Assembly (NCBI RefSeq): GCF_032191835.1
Contig: NC_083233.1
Coordinates: 85,312,001 to 85,376,000, forward strand
Direction of reading: 5' to 3'
Source: Heteronotia binoei
Lineage: Eukaryota
DNA: 64,000 bases
This document shows positions 1-13,100 of the stretch, in pieces; the first letter of the stretch is position 1, and each line of letters begins with the position of its first letter. The translations under genes and the position numbers were made by a program. Below the pieces are notes generated by a model that did no database searches, was not told the origin of the DNA, and saw only the letters and a list, made by a program, of their open reading frames with translations.

Positions 1-3000
1 AAAACCACCTTTCTTGGTCATACTGTAAAATTGTACTTCTTTATAATGTGAACAAAGGGTTTATATGACTTTAAAAGTTTTGCTGAATGCTGTCAGCCAG
101 TATAATTGGTTTGTTTGTTTCCAGTGAGACTCTCACGAGCTGCCTCCGGGCCATGCTATCCTGGGCCCGAAAGGCCAGCTCACCGGCTCCGGCTGGTGCT
201 CGGTCGGGTTTCTCGAGCGCACATCTCCCCACTCACTCTGCTCGCTGGATGTCCTTGTTTCCCCGTCCCCCCGCACGGGTCCCAAACGGCAGCCATCCGG
301 GGCAACCGGCGACTCCAGCCTGAGCCTCCACGGATCTGCCTCTGGGTTTGGATGGCCTGAGATTCCTTGCGCAGGAGCGCCATCTGCTGCCCAAATTGTC
401 TCATCGACCTCCAGGATTACATCGTAGTCACTCATTGCCTCTCTGTTCCTGGCTGAGATGAGATTTGAACCCAGTAACCAGGGACTTCCCGAATCATATC
501 TTAAGCAGTCCGCCCTCTTTCCTGGAAGTCGATTTTGAACTCAGGACTTCCCAGCTGCCATGCAAAGCACAAAACATGGCAAGACTATTCAGCAGCAGCT
601 CCTGCTTGTTTCCACCACTTTCACCCTGAAGGAACACTTACCACAGCTTGGGGTGGAGGAATGAATGGGGAGGGAAATGGACCCGAGGCTTTGACTTTTG
701 TTAGGTAGGAATTCACTGATGACTCTTGGTCTCCCTGCGACAAGACGTTTGTGGTTAGCCAAGTCATGCATAACAAGCAGCTGTTCAAGGGGCAGCTTTG
801 GGGCAGAAGGAAGACACAAGGCAGCCACTCTGGCAGCCTCCTTTCCCAGGTATGTTCTCCTCCGTATGGCTGCACCTCTCTGTGGCCTTTGAACTTGGCC
901 TGCCCTCCTCCCATCGTGGCAAGAGTTGGCCAGTTGTGGCTCCCTGGCAGAGCACCTGTGTGTCACACAAAGGCTCTCCCTTTCCAGTGATGAGTCTTCA
1001 GTTGGAGGTGATGAGAAGGACCTTTCTCTGCCTTGGGCCCTTTTCCTTGGGTTGGAGAGCCAGCCATGCCAGTCTGAGTAGAGGACTCACCTTGGTGGAC
1101 AGGATTGCCCACTCTGGGCTGGGAAATACCTGAAGATTTCTTTGTGGGGGAGATGGAACCTGGACAGGGCAGGGTTTGGGGAGAGGAGGAACTTCAGAAG
1201 GCGATCATCCCAAGCAGCTGTTTGCTCTGGAGTGGGGGGGGGGGACTGAGCTTGGTCACCTGGAGAGAATCTGTGATAGTAGATCTCCAGCTGTCCCCTG
1301 GAGGTTGGCCACTTCAAGTGAGGGATCAAGGGTCTGTCCAGGAGAAGGCAGTTTCCTGTGCCTCACAAGGCATTCTGGGAGGCACAGTTCAGCATCTACA
1401 GACTACAAATCCCAGCAGTGACTCAGTTCCAGGGTGCAGCTACGGTGGCAGAGACTTCTCATAAACTGTGCTGAACGGGCCTTTGATTTGTGCCGAGAAA
1501 AGAGGCTGAGTTTGGGCAGGAGGAGACTGCATTGCAGACATTGTCCCTTCCCCATCCCTGTCAAATCTGGAGGAGGCTGCCTGGGTGGCTTGGGAGGTCT
1601 CAGCACCCCCTGCAGATCAGGACACCTGACAGACAGCAGCTTCCTCCAGCAACTGGAGCCCTGCTGCTGCCTGCCTCAGCAGGGTGTTTGATAGGCAGGC
1701 CGATTACCAAATCAGATGCTGCCTCAGTCATCTGTTTTGCCCCCTCCCTTCCTTGCTCCAAGCAAACTGGCTAGCTTTTAAATCTCTACACATTCAGTAT
1801 GCATTTAGTCAAGTAAATGCTCATCAGACTTTTTTTTTTTAAAGCAGAATCCATTTTTCTAAATATTGGAAATATGTCTCAGAGAAGGGAGGGAGGGCTG
1901 CCAGGCAGTCACTGCTCCTTCCAGCCTGCCTCTGCTCTGGACACAGAACTGTTTTGCCTGAACTCAAAATTGTTTAGCAAAGTTGCATTCTGCCTCCTCA
2001 GACGTGCTTGTGGCCTTTCACTGCTAAGCCCCCCATGCCAAGAGAATAAGCATTAACAGGTCAGGACAGTTTTTACAGAGGACTGCATTCGGCTGAGTTA
2101 GGTCCAGGAGAGGGGAAGCTGTGTCAGTCTGCCTGCAGCAGTAGGGAAGAGCAAGAGCTGGCAGCACCTTCAAGGCTGCGATCAGTTTGACCCAATGTCG
2201 TTGCTGTTCCCTTCTGGATTTAAAGTGCCCAATCAGATAGTGACATCTGCCCCCCTGTCATTGGCAGCCTGTTCTGACCTGCCTTTGAGGCAGAGTTATC
2301 AGGCACCAGGGAAAGTCAGCACATTCACCCCACATTCCTGGATGTCTGAACTCCCCTGTTGTGAATGCAAGGCATGAAACCAAGTGGGCAGGTGTGAAAC
2401 TTCCCTTCCACTGCTTTTTTGAAAAATGAGGCAGCATAAGAGGACCTTTGCTCCAGGGTTTTGAATCACCCCTTGTGCATTTCTGCACCCAACACTCGGT
2501 CAGGGTCAGGAGCCCCCAGGGGAGTTCTTGAGTGACAGTCCCCCCCCCCCCAAAACCCCTCCTGTTCCTTGGGGTTGGAAAGCTGTGGAAATAGTCCCTA
2601 CTTAGGCTCCCATATCGGCAGGAAGCCTGGAGGGGCTGGCAGCCCTACCCCCCCAAAAAAAACCCCACTGTTAGCTGAGAAAGGGTTGCTGTTGGAGAGC
2701 ATCCCATGACTGACACGACAGTAAGTGTACTGAAGTCAATGGGGCCACTCTTGCGTAAATTTGCTTAATGCTTACACTCCCCTCCCCCATAGTCCATGGA
2801 AGAGGGACAATGTGAGGGAGGCTGAGCGGGACCACAGTACTTGGTGGAGGGATTGTGGAGCTGTCAAAAAGGAGCCAAAGTTTTGGACACATGCTTATGC
2901 GCATGAGCAAAGGTCAGACAAACAAAAAGGATGGCACAACAATCTGAACAATCGACCGCAGGCAAGCGCACAGAGAAGCTTGTTCAGGGCAAAATGTCTG

Positions 3001-4510
3001 ATCAAAATTTCCTGTTATAAAATCAAACATTGTAATTAGAGGCATGGCCAGATCACAACAAGCCTGCAGCATGACCGCAGCCACAGACAGACCAAACTTG
3101 TGGTAGGGTATGAACTCTTGAGTCACTGCTACAAAAGCCCCTCCCCTGTGGCCACAGATTCTGTTTGTCTTTAAGGTGCTGCTGGACTCTGACTCTTTGA
3201 CTGATTTAGGTTTTATTTGTTGGAAATATTAAATTGTGTCCTTTTGTGGGTTTTTTACAAGGTAGAAAGGTGGCTAAGAAATACTTTAAATCAATGAAGT
3301 CAACAAGAAGGCACAAAGAAGGCAGCAAGAGCAGGAAATCTGAACCAGCAGGCCAAGCCAGGCGAGAGCTTTGGTCCCCAGCTGGGAGGGAGGGAGGATG
3401 GCAAATGCAAACATCCCCCCAGCTCAGCGCCTGAACTTCCACCCATGGCTCCCTGCTCCTGCACCACACACACCCCTCTGGCCCAAAAGGCTGTCTGAAT
3501 GCTGGCCCCCTCTGGCCCTCATTTGGTCTGTGCTGGACATCACCACCCCCTTCTGGTGTAAAATCCCCGGTTTCAAAACTCTGAAACATTTACCATAATT
3601 AGGTTTTCCAGGTCACCTTGGCCTCTAACGGGGAGGGGGCCCCTGCATTTTGCTGTTGCAGCAACCTCATGTGATTCCTCAGCTACCCCCCAGGTGGGGC
3701 TGAAGCAGGAAGAGGCTGGGCAGGCTCTCTTGGCCTTGCCATCCCATCTGACAGTCTCATAGTGGGCGCTGGTGGCACTCCAGGCAGAGCAGGGGAGTAG
3801 GGCACCCAGCCAGTGGTGCTCAAGAGGATCCAGTAAACCCTCTTTGTCTCAGGGTGGGGGCTTCTGGGTGCTCTCTGGCTGCTGTGGCATTGCTCGTAGA
3901 TGTGCAGTGTGCTGGTGGGTCAGTTTCTGTGAGCTCCTTGAGCACCTTTGTGAGCGAGAGCCCCCTATGTTTACTTATATACGGACATCGTGATCACTGG
4001 TTTGGTTGCCAGGTGCCCGAAGTTTCAACTCACACACATCTGCTCTAAGACGTGGGTTTTATCTGCCATTTTCTGACAGATTTAGGTGGATACTAAAGGC
4101 CTCATCTTTACAGCAGCACTCTCTGTCCCTGAATGAGTGCTAGCCAGAAGCAAGGCAATCTCCCAGCCTCCCCATGTGTGCACAATCGGAGCCGTTGCAG
4201 TGGAAGAAGTCACGCCACCATGAGCTGTCCAGTCAAGCGGTTTGCAGCTCTTTTTCCATGAAAACCTTTTCCAAGGCTAACATCACCAGCAATCATCTTT
4301 CTGCACATCCAGACTCCATGATGGAGAAACAAGAGCCTCACCTATTCAACAGCTGCTTCAAACAGCTGCATAAGGTCATCATGCTTATCTTAGGCGTGGA
4401 TCCTGCCGGGCTGCCCGAGCTTTTGTCAAACGGAACTCTAGACAAAGGATGGTGCCAGCCAGAGGAGGAAGAAGAGGAAGACCAGCCTTAATCCAGAGCC
4501 AGAGGTATTG

Positions 4511-5432
4511 TGTAAATTGGGGGTCACCTTAGATATCAATTCGGCCCTCTATTGTCACTTTAGATATGTTTGTATAGCTAGTTTTGATGCCCTCAACCCA
4601 CGGTTCGTCCCTGTCTTGCCCAGACTGTCACTTTGGAGCCTCCCCTTTTCTGAGGTAATGCACCATGTGATGCAGCATCATGTCCCACCTGATCCCATGT
4701 CATAAGTCCTTGGACCTCCTAAGAAGAAGAAGAAGAAGAAGATATTGGATTTATATCCCGCCCTCCACTCCGAAGAGTCTCAGAGCGGCTCACAATCTCC
4801 TTTACCTTCCTCCCCCACAACAGACACCCTGTGAGGTGGGTGGGGCTGAGAGGGCTCTCACAGCAGCTGCCCTTTCAAGGACAACCTCTGCCAGAGCTAT
4901 GGCTGACCCAAGGCCATTCCAGCAGGTGCAAGTGGAGGAGTGGGGAATCAAACCCGGTTCTCCCAGATAAGAGTCCACACACTTAACCACTACACCAAAC
5001 TGGCTCTCCTACCCCCCAAGGGCTCAAGGTAGACATCCCACCAGGGTGCATCTGACAGTCCCCCTACCCTGCTGTTTAGATACGCCCCCAATACCTGAAG
5101 GGTCCTTCCCCCATCTCTTTTCTTCATCACCATTGGAGCCTTCCTTGAAGACCACGATAGGTAATTATCACTCTGTTTGTCCATCCTGGTGTTTGCCCAT
5201 GTGCATTTCCATGCTGTTTTCTTAGGCCTGTATGTGTGTCGTATGATTTTATACCTTTGTATGTTTGTCTTTATTTCATAATAAAACCCCTTGATTATTA
5301 AACAATATCTCCTTGTTATAGGGTGACTTCCAAAGGAGAAATCTGTATACACAGATCCTTGGTCTCACCAAAAGCCTTGTTGCCCACCAAACTAATCCCC
5401 CAAAACCTATTTTTAGGGCAATTTGGCTTACA
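4511..5432 (+). mobile_element. Probable solo LTR interrupted by a SINE
   Basis: TGTAA...TTACA termini, near-identical 5-bp flanks (TATTG/TCTTG) and an internal AATAAA at ~5280. About 630 bp net of the SINE. Confidence 0.4.
4721..5008 (-). mobile_element. Full-length tRNA-derived SINE (MIR/Ther1-like; resembles squamate Squam3)
   Basis: A box TGGTGTAGTGG, B box GGTTTGATTCC, L2-type 3' segment CACCTCACAGGGTG and a (TTC)n tail. Many near-identical copies occur in the window. Confidence 0.85.
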
Positions 5433-7844
5433 TCTTGGAGGAAATGTGGGACTTACTTGTTGAGCTGCCCCATTCTTGCTTTCATGACCCTGCTCTGCTA
5501 AACGTGTCTCCCTCCTCAATGGGATTCTTCCATCTGTTGCTGCTCTCTGCAATAAACTCTGGTGTGTCTGGCTCTGGTTATTGCAGCTGTGGTGCAACAT
5601 GGCTGCAGGCCCCCTTCTGCTCCGCCCTCCTAGGTTTCTTTCAACCCCTGGAAAGGTTTCTCTCTCTCTCTCTCTCTCCCCCAGGTAGCTTGCCACCAGC
5701 TCCCCGCCTTTGTATGGAGTTGTCTCCTGGGAGGGGTGAGGACTCCCAGCTTCCTTTTCAAGTTCTGAGGCCTAGCCTCTGGGTCTCCCACTCACCCAGC
5801 ACCTGGTCATCCGGGGGACAGCTTACTGCCTGGGGCACCCCTTGCCAACTGCCTGCCTTTCCCCTCCTAACCCTAACCCCTTTTAAAAGAGCGTGTCCAA
5901 GACAGTGGAGGTCTGGGTGGTACAGAGGACCACTTCCAGCATCTGAAGTTATGAAATATTTATTAAAAAGAAAATGTTCACAAGCATCCTTTCAGCACAG
6001 CACCAGACTGAGCAAGAAGTACAAAAGAAATAGGTAAAATGCAAATCCTCCATCCCTCTCTCTAGACATGCCCTATCAGATGTTGAAATACAGGACAGGC
6101 TCTTTAGCTTAGGAGATTTCTACAGAGTTTTCATTACCATGAAGCTCCCTTCAGCTGCCCAGGCCAACCCCATGGTCGGTGGCTGCCTCCTCATTGGAGA
6201 GCCCCCCTGTCTCCTCTCATGACCTCAGCACCCAAGGGAAAGAGACCTCCTTCCTGCTGCAAGGAGTTCTGGCCACTTCTCTTTCCCCTACCCCCCGAGC
6301 AGCTCATGCCAGGTCAGAGGCTTTCCCCAGAGATGAAAAGGGCATTTCCTCCCTGGAGTCCCTCTAGCATTTCATTCCTCCAAAAATCTCTGTTCCCTGC
6401 TTGGGGAAAGGGGAAGAGCTTGACCTACCCATTATCTCTCCTGCTAGATCTATTAGCATTTGGGTGAAGGTGAGCTGATTGAAGGGACTCTCCACCTGGA
6501 GAACTGGTGGAATGTTCTGGAGGCCTCGCTTCAAGAAGGAGGTGGGCAGGAAGGAGTGGGTGCAGAGGAGAGTGAGAGGAGGAGGATCAGGGGCCTGGAG
6601 ACCAAGAAGCCCTCCAAGGAGGAGAGGCTGAGGAGGGACTTGGGAGGTTCAGTCTGGAGAAGAGGAAGCTGAGGGGGACAGGATGGCTTTCTTGAAGTGT
6701 TGGAAGGCCTGTCACGCAGAGGAGGAGGGCAGGGAGCTGTTCCTGTGGGCAGCAGAGCAGAGGACTTGCAATAAGGGGTCTAATTAAGGATTGGAAGGTG
6801 CTGAAAAAACCGTTGGGGTATAGGAAAAATTTTGGAAAGTAAGAGTTGCTCAACAGTGGCATCAGCTACCAAGGGAGGTGGCTGTCTTGGCTGGACAAAG
6901 ACTTGTCAGGGATGCTCTAGGCTGACCCTGCACTGAGCAGGGGCTGGCCTGATGGCCCCTTCCCACTCTGGGACGCTATGGCAAGCCCCCCAGCCTGATT
7001 TCTGCCCGGAGGGGAAAAATTTAAAATGCAACATGGAGGTTTAGCTCATTTCAGGCCTGGGCGGGGGGGAGGCATTTCTTCACAGAAGCATTAGAGAAAG
7101 TACAGGAGTTGCAGCACCTTCTTTAGGAGGGAAGATTGTGGCGTTCAGAGCTTTCCAATTCTTCTTCTTCTTCTTCTTTTAAAAGGGTTCTTTTTTCAAG
7201 ACCTGAGGCAGCAGCGTGTGCCTGCCACTCCCAGCAGCAGCCGCCATGACTTCCCTGGCCTCTGTCCCTGCTGCTGCAGAGATCATCATCCCCTTCCTTC
7301 CTCCTGCAGTCCACGGGCCGCCACCACCCTCTCTCTGGGAACTCAGCCTCCTGCCTCAGTGGCTGCCCCTCCCTGGGAAGAAGAACTGAAGTGCCTGCGG
7401 GCCTCTGGGAATCGAGCCAGGGATGGCACTGGCGCCGCCTCCAATCCTCTGGGAACCTCTTGCGCAGCACCAGGCAGCCAGGCTTGTGGAGGCAGGCCCA
7501 GAAGAGCCACGCTGCCTGCCTGCCTGCCGGGCATCCCTCAGCCAGGGGCCACGCCGGGCTATGGGAAGGGGGGGAGGGGCCGGGGGCAGTAGAGCCTCCT
7601 CCTGGCTAGGCTGGGCTGGGCTGGAGGGGCTGAGGCTGTGGAGGGAGGGGCTGCTGCTGAGCCCCCATCGCCTTGCCTGCCAGGGCAAGGGGGAATGCTG
7701 GTTTCGGGGGGGGGGGTCTCACACAGCAGTCTCCTCAAAGAGGCAAAAGGCGGGGCCTTCTGGCTTCAGCCACATGGTGGCGCTGCAGTCCCAGTCCAGG
7801 GGCCTGGAGGAAGCAGCGGAGAAATGCCCCCCGCCCCCTCCAGG

Positions 7845-8019
7845 CAGGACCGGATCTACATTTGGGGGGGCGGGAATTAAAAAATGGCACCCCCTTATGG
7901 GCAATTCTATCTTATGGTCCCATAGAATACAACGGACTCCATACCCAATTCGGCGCCCCCACTCTGACGACACCCAGGGCAAGAACCCCCGTCTGCCCCC
8001 CCCCCCAGATCCGGCCCTG
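7845..8019. mobile_element. hAT-like MITE
   Basis: 13-bp TIR CAGG(A/G)CCGGATCT and 8-bp TSD CCTCCAGG/CCCCCAGG. Confidence 0.65.
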
Positions 8020-9749
8020 CCCCCAGGCTAGGGCTTATGAGGTTCGCTCGCTGGGAAGCCGGGCCAGGCAGGGGATCTGGGAGGCAGCCTTGTAGGCAGA
8101 CCCCTCTCCCTGGGCACAGCAGCTGGGCTGGGATGGGAGTCTGCCCAGAGCGGGCTGCTGCTGCTGGTGGGGGAGGGGGTGGCTCCCTCCCCCAATGGGA
8201 CCCCCACTGCAGGGAGCTCCGTCCAGCGCCCAGAAGGGGCAGGAAATGGCCTTCCTCCTTGGGGGGCCAGCAAGGCTGTTGCAGGCGGGGCCTTGAAGCC
8301 CTTGGCCCCCTCAGTCACAGTTGAGGACCAACTGGGCATTGTTGCGCTGACCGCCCACTTGCCCTTCTCCCTGCACACACGGGCTTGGCCCCATTTCTCA
8401 TCCTGCAAGCAGGAGTCACACTCAAGAAGAGCCAGGCTGCCTGCCCAGTGGACCCCCCCCCGCCCCCGTGGACTGCTTGGAGAGGCCCTTCTCCGTGGGA
8501 TGCTGAGGGACTCTGCAGGAGCAGTGCAGGGGGCTCCAGAAGACTCCAGCTGAGGACTGGGGAGGGAGGGGGGAGTCTGCCTCTTGGGGGAGGGAAGAGA
8601 GGGAGCAGCCCTGCTGGGCGAAGGAGTGCTGGGAAGTGGCATCCCAGACCCCTGGGGGATGGGGCAGAGGCTGCCGCGGCCAAAAGAACTTTGGTTAGGA
8701 GAAGGGGAGGGGCTGCGTGATGCTGGGGAGGAGAAGGGCCCCAGTCCCATCCATGGCAGCTCTAGCTAAAAGGACCAGGCAGCAGGTGAAGGGAAAGACC
8801 CGGTCCCCGTGAGCCCCTGGAGAGCCCCCAGCAGTCTGAGCAGACAAGACTGGGCTCAATAGACCAAGGCAGCTCCAGGCATGGCTCCTCCCCTGCCGCT
8901 AGGTACCCAGGAGGCACTGCCTGCAGCAGTCCGGTGCCCCACCCTTCTCTCCCTGGGGCACGGGGTGGGGGCGGGGGGCTGCCACAAGGAGAGCCCAGCA
9001 GTGAGTTCCTTCCAGGAAGAGCAGCTGGGCAGGTGCGGGAGAGAGCAGCTGGCCCCCAAGCTGTTTCCTGGCCACTGTGCTGATGCCCTCTGCCTCCTCC
9101 TGGCTCACCATCACCCCAGAAGCAGGGGCTGAATGGCTTGCCCTGGGGAGGGGGTTGTTCTGGGGAGCTGGGGTGGGGCTTGGGGCTCCCTCTCCCCCCC
9201 TCCCACTTACTGGGAGCTGCATGGAAAATGGATCTGCTTCCCCTTCCGTCTCCCCTGCACCTGAGCAGGATGCATCTCCAAAAGAGGGGGGTTTATTCCT
9301 GCCCTCCCAGGGACTTTGCTGGAGCGCTGCAAGAGGGCATGCTTCAGTCTTGAGGGGGCTAGGATGACACAGGTGTGGGGGGGGGACAGGCGTCTGCTCA
9401 CTGCTGGATCCTGCGGATGGACTGCACCTGAGGGCTGTGGGCGTGACAGCCCAGCTCCCGGAAGTGCTTGTATTCCCCTCCGTGGCAGTCGCTCTCCACC
9501 ACATACTGGAAGCCGCGGTACCCAGGGAACTGGCAGCACACCCAGCTGGGGAGAAAGGAGAGGAGGCAGCCTTAGAAGAAGGGGTGGGAGGAATCCTGCC
9601 CTGAGGACAAGCGCTGGCCTGGCCTGGGCAGCCTGGGGGCCTCTGGCTCAGGTAGGGGGGGAGGCCCATGGACTGGTGTCCCTCTCAGATGGCGGCTCCT
9701 GCCCTGCCGCCCCTCTCTGGTATCTTGGCTACTGGCCCCCATGAGGCTG

Positions 9750-10034
9750 GAGAGCCAGTTTGGTGTAGTGGTTAAGTGTGTGGACTCTTATCTGGGAGAA
9801 CCAGGTTTGATTCCCCACTCCTCCACTTGCACCTGCTGGAATGGCCTTGGGTCAGTCATAGCTCTGGCAGAGGTTGTCCTTGAAAGGGCAGCTGCTGTGA
9901 GAGCCCTCTCCAGCCCCACCCACCTCACAGGGTGTCTGTTGTGGGGGAGGAAGGTAAAGGAGATTGTGAGCCGCTCTGAGACTCTTCGGAGTGGAGGGCG
10001 GGATATAAATCCAATATCTTCTTCTTCTTCTTCT
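9750..10034 (+). mobile_element. Full-length SINE of the same family, in the CRYBA4 3' region
   Basis: Near-identical to 4721-5008, with A/B boxes and a (TTC)n tail. Confidence 0.85.
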
Positions 10035-10143
10035 CAGTTGCAGGAAGGGAGGTGAACAGACAGCCAGGCCGCATGGCACAGGCCAGGCCTCTGGGCCACG
10101 TTCGGACCCTGCAGGGCCGGGGGGAGCTGAGTGCAGGGGGGTC

Positions 10144-13100
10144 CTAGTGCTGGGCCTCTGCAAGACTTTGGGTCTGGCCCACACTCTGAACCACCACCCC
10201 CCACCACCACCTTTGTAGACCAGGGACCAGATCCCCTCTCCTTTGGCTTCAATGATCCAGAACTGGCCTCGCTTCTCCGTGCAGACTCCGCAAACCCACC
10301 TGGTTCCCCGTGGAAAGTCCACCCCTGGCCAGCCGACCGGCCAGCCAGCCAACAAGGTCCCCTGATACTTACGCTCCAGCGTAGACCCGGAGGGAGCCCA
10401 CCTCGCTGCCACCCCAGCCCATCGCCTTGAGAGACGGGTAGTCCTCACTCAGGTCTCCCTTGCGGCCCAGGAAATTCTCCTGCTCGAAGATGGTCACCTT
10501 GCTGTCCCGGAGGTTCTACAAGAGAGAGAGAGAGAGAGAGAAGGGGGGCTCTCAGTCCTCTGAGGCGAGGGGGCGTCACGGACTCTCCAGGAACAGCTGC
10601 CCCCCTCTGCTGCTCTCTGTCCCCACCCCCCACCCCGCTTGGGGCAGAAGAGCCTGAGAGAAAAGGCAGCCTGGCCCTGGGGAAGGTCCTTCCCTTCTGG
10701 AGCAGGGCTGGGCAGTCCCTTGGCACTGCTGAGGGGGCTCAGGTAGCGGGGGGGGGGGGCGTGATTCTGTTGTTCTCTCCAGCAGCCACCCAAAGGCTTG
10801 GGAGGCTCCCCCAAGGGAGGAGGAAGAGGAGGGGAGGGGGAGGGACTCTCTCCCACTCAAAGGAAGGTCCCCCCCAAGGCCCCACTCACCGCACAGGAGA
10901 CGGGTCGGAAGGAGCTCATCCTTGGCACGTGGTAGGCGATGTTGCCAGCCCAGGCTTCCCAGCAAGGGTAGTCCCCTTGTTCCAGCACAAACTGCTGCCC
11001 CTGGAAGCCGGGGTGCTCAAAGCCCACCCATCTGTGGAGGGGGGGGGGAGAACACCNNNNNNNNNNNNNNNNNNNNNNNNNNNNNNNNNNNNNNNNNNNN
11101 NNNNNNNNNNNNNNNNNNNNNNNNNNNNNNNNNNNNNNNNNNNNNNNNNNNNNNNNNNNNNNNNNNNNNNNNNNNNNNNNNNNNNNNNNNNNNNNNNNNN
11201 NNNNNNNNNNNNNNNNNNNNNNNNNNNNNNNNNNNNNNNNNNNNNNNNNNNNNNNNNNNNNNNNNNNNNNNNNNNNNNNNNNNNNNNNNNNNNNNNNNNN
11301 NNNNNNNNNNNNNNNNNNNNNNNNNNNNNNNNNNNNNNNNNNNNNNNNNNNNNNNNNNNNNNNNNNNNNNNNNNNNNNNNNNNNNNNNNNNNNNNNNNNN
11401 NNNNNNNNNNNNNNNNNNNNNNNNNNNNNNNNNNNNNNNNNNNNNNNNNNNNNNNNNNNNNNNNNNNNNNNNNNNNNNNNNNNNNNNNNNNNNNNNNNNN
11501 NNNNNNNNNNNNNNNNNNNNNNNNNNNNNNNNNNNNNNNNNNNNNNNNNNNNNNNNNNNNNNNNNNNNNNNNNNNNNNNNNNNNNNNNNNNNGAAGGACG
11601 GGAGGGAGGGAGGAGGGAAGGGAGGGAGGGAAGAAGGATGGGAGGGAGGGAGGAGGGAAGGAAGGAAGGAATAGAGGGAGGAAGGGAAGAAAGATGGGAG
11701 AGAGGGAGGGAGGAAGGGAGGCGGGAGGATGGAGGGAAGAAGGATGGGAGGGAGGGGGAGGGAGGAAGGAAGGATGGGATGGGAAGGGAAGNNNNNNNNN
11801 NNNNNNNNNNNNNNNNNNNNNNNNNNNNNNNNNNNNNNNNNNNNNNNNNNNNNNNNNNNNNNNNNNNNNNNNNNNNNNNNNNNNNNNNNNNNNNNNNNNN
11901 NNNNNNNNNNNNNNNNNNNNNNNNNNNNNNNNNNGGACGGGAGGGAGGGAGAAGGGAAGGGAGGGATGGAGGGAAGAAGGACGGGAGGGAGGAAGGGAGG
12001 AGGGAAGGAAGGAGGGAAGGAAGGAATAGAGGGAGGAAGGGAAGAAAGATGGGAGAGAGGGAGGGAGGAAGGGAGGTGGGAGGATGNNNNNNNNNNNNNN
12101 NNNNNNNNNNNNNNNNNNNNNNNNNNNNNNNNNNNNNNNNNNNNNNNNNNNNNNNNNNNNNNNNNNNNNNNNNNNNNNNNNNNNNNNNNNNNNNNNNNNN
12201 NNNNNNNNNNNNNNNNNNNNNNNNNNNNNNAAGGAAGGAATAGAGGGAGGGAAGAAGGATGGGAGGGGGAGGNNNNNNNNNNNNNNNNNNNNNNNNNNNN
12301 NNNNNNNNNNNNNNNNNNNNNNNNNNNNNNNNNNNNNNNNNNNNNNNNNNNNNNNNNNNNNNNNNNNNNNNNNNNNNNNNNNNNNNNNNNNNNNNNNNNN
12401 NNNNNNNNNNNNNNNNNNNNNNNNNNNNNNNNNNNNNNNNNNNNNNNNNNNNNNNNNNNNNNNNNNNNNNNNNNNNATGGNNNNNNNNNNNNNNNNNNNN
12501 NNNNNNNNNNNNNNNNNNNNNNNNNNNNNNNNNNNNNNNNNNNNNNNNNNNNNNNNNNNNNNNNNNNNNNNNNNNNNNNNNNNNNNNNNNNNNNNNNNNN
12601 NNNNNNNNNNNNNNNNNNNNNNNNNNNNNNNNNNNNNNNNNNNNNNNNNNNNNNNNNNNNNNNNNNNNNNNNNNNNNNNNNNNNNNNNNNNNNNNNNNNN
12701 NNNNNNNNNNNNNNNNNNNNNNNNNNNNNNNNNNNNGAAGAAGGATGGGAGGGAGGGAGGGAGGGAGGAGGGAAGGAAGGAATAGAGGGAGGAAGGGAAG
12801 AAAGATGGGAAAGAGGGAGGGAGGAAGGGAGGCGGGAGGATGGNNNNNNNNNNNNNNNNNNNNNNNNNNNNNNNNNNNNNNNNNNNNNNNNNNNNNNNNN
12901 NNNNNNNNNNNNNNNNNNNNNNNNNNNNNNNNNNNNNNNNNNNNNNNNNNNNNNNNNNNNNNNNNNNNNNNNNNNNNNNNNNNNNNNNNNNNNNNNNNNN
13001 NNNNNNNNNNNNNNNNNNNNNNNNNNNNNNNNNNNNNNNNNNNGACGGGAGGGAGGGAGAAGGGAAGGGAGGGATGGAGGGAAGAAGGACGGGAGGGAGG

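Noticed and set aside
589-966. ORF beginning MTHRC, similar to my recollection of the avian betaA4 N-terminus
   Set aside because: It starts at GTG, lies downstream of the gene and has no further similarity. The real exon 2 is at 16767.
4174-4491. 105-aa ORF with an acidic tail next to the putative LTR
   Set aside because: No recognisable domain or splice signals, so it cannot be supported.
9750-9830. tRNA-like A/B-box sequences here and in other copies
   Set aside because: They are SINE heads that continue into the SINE body and tail, not tRNA genes.
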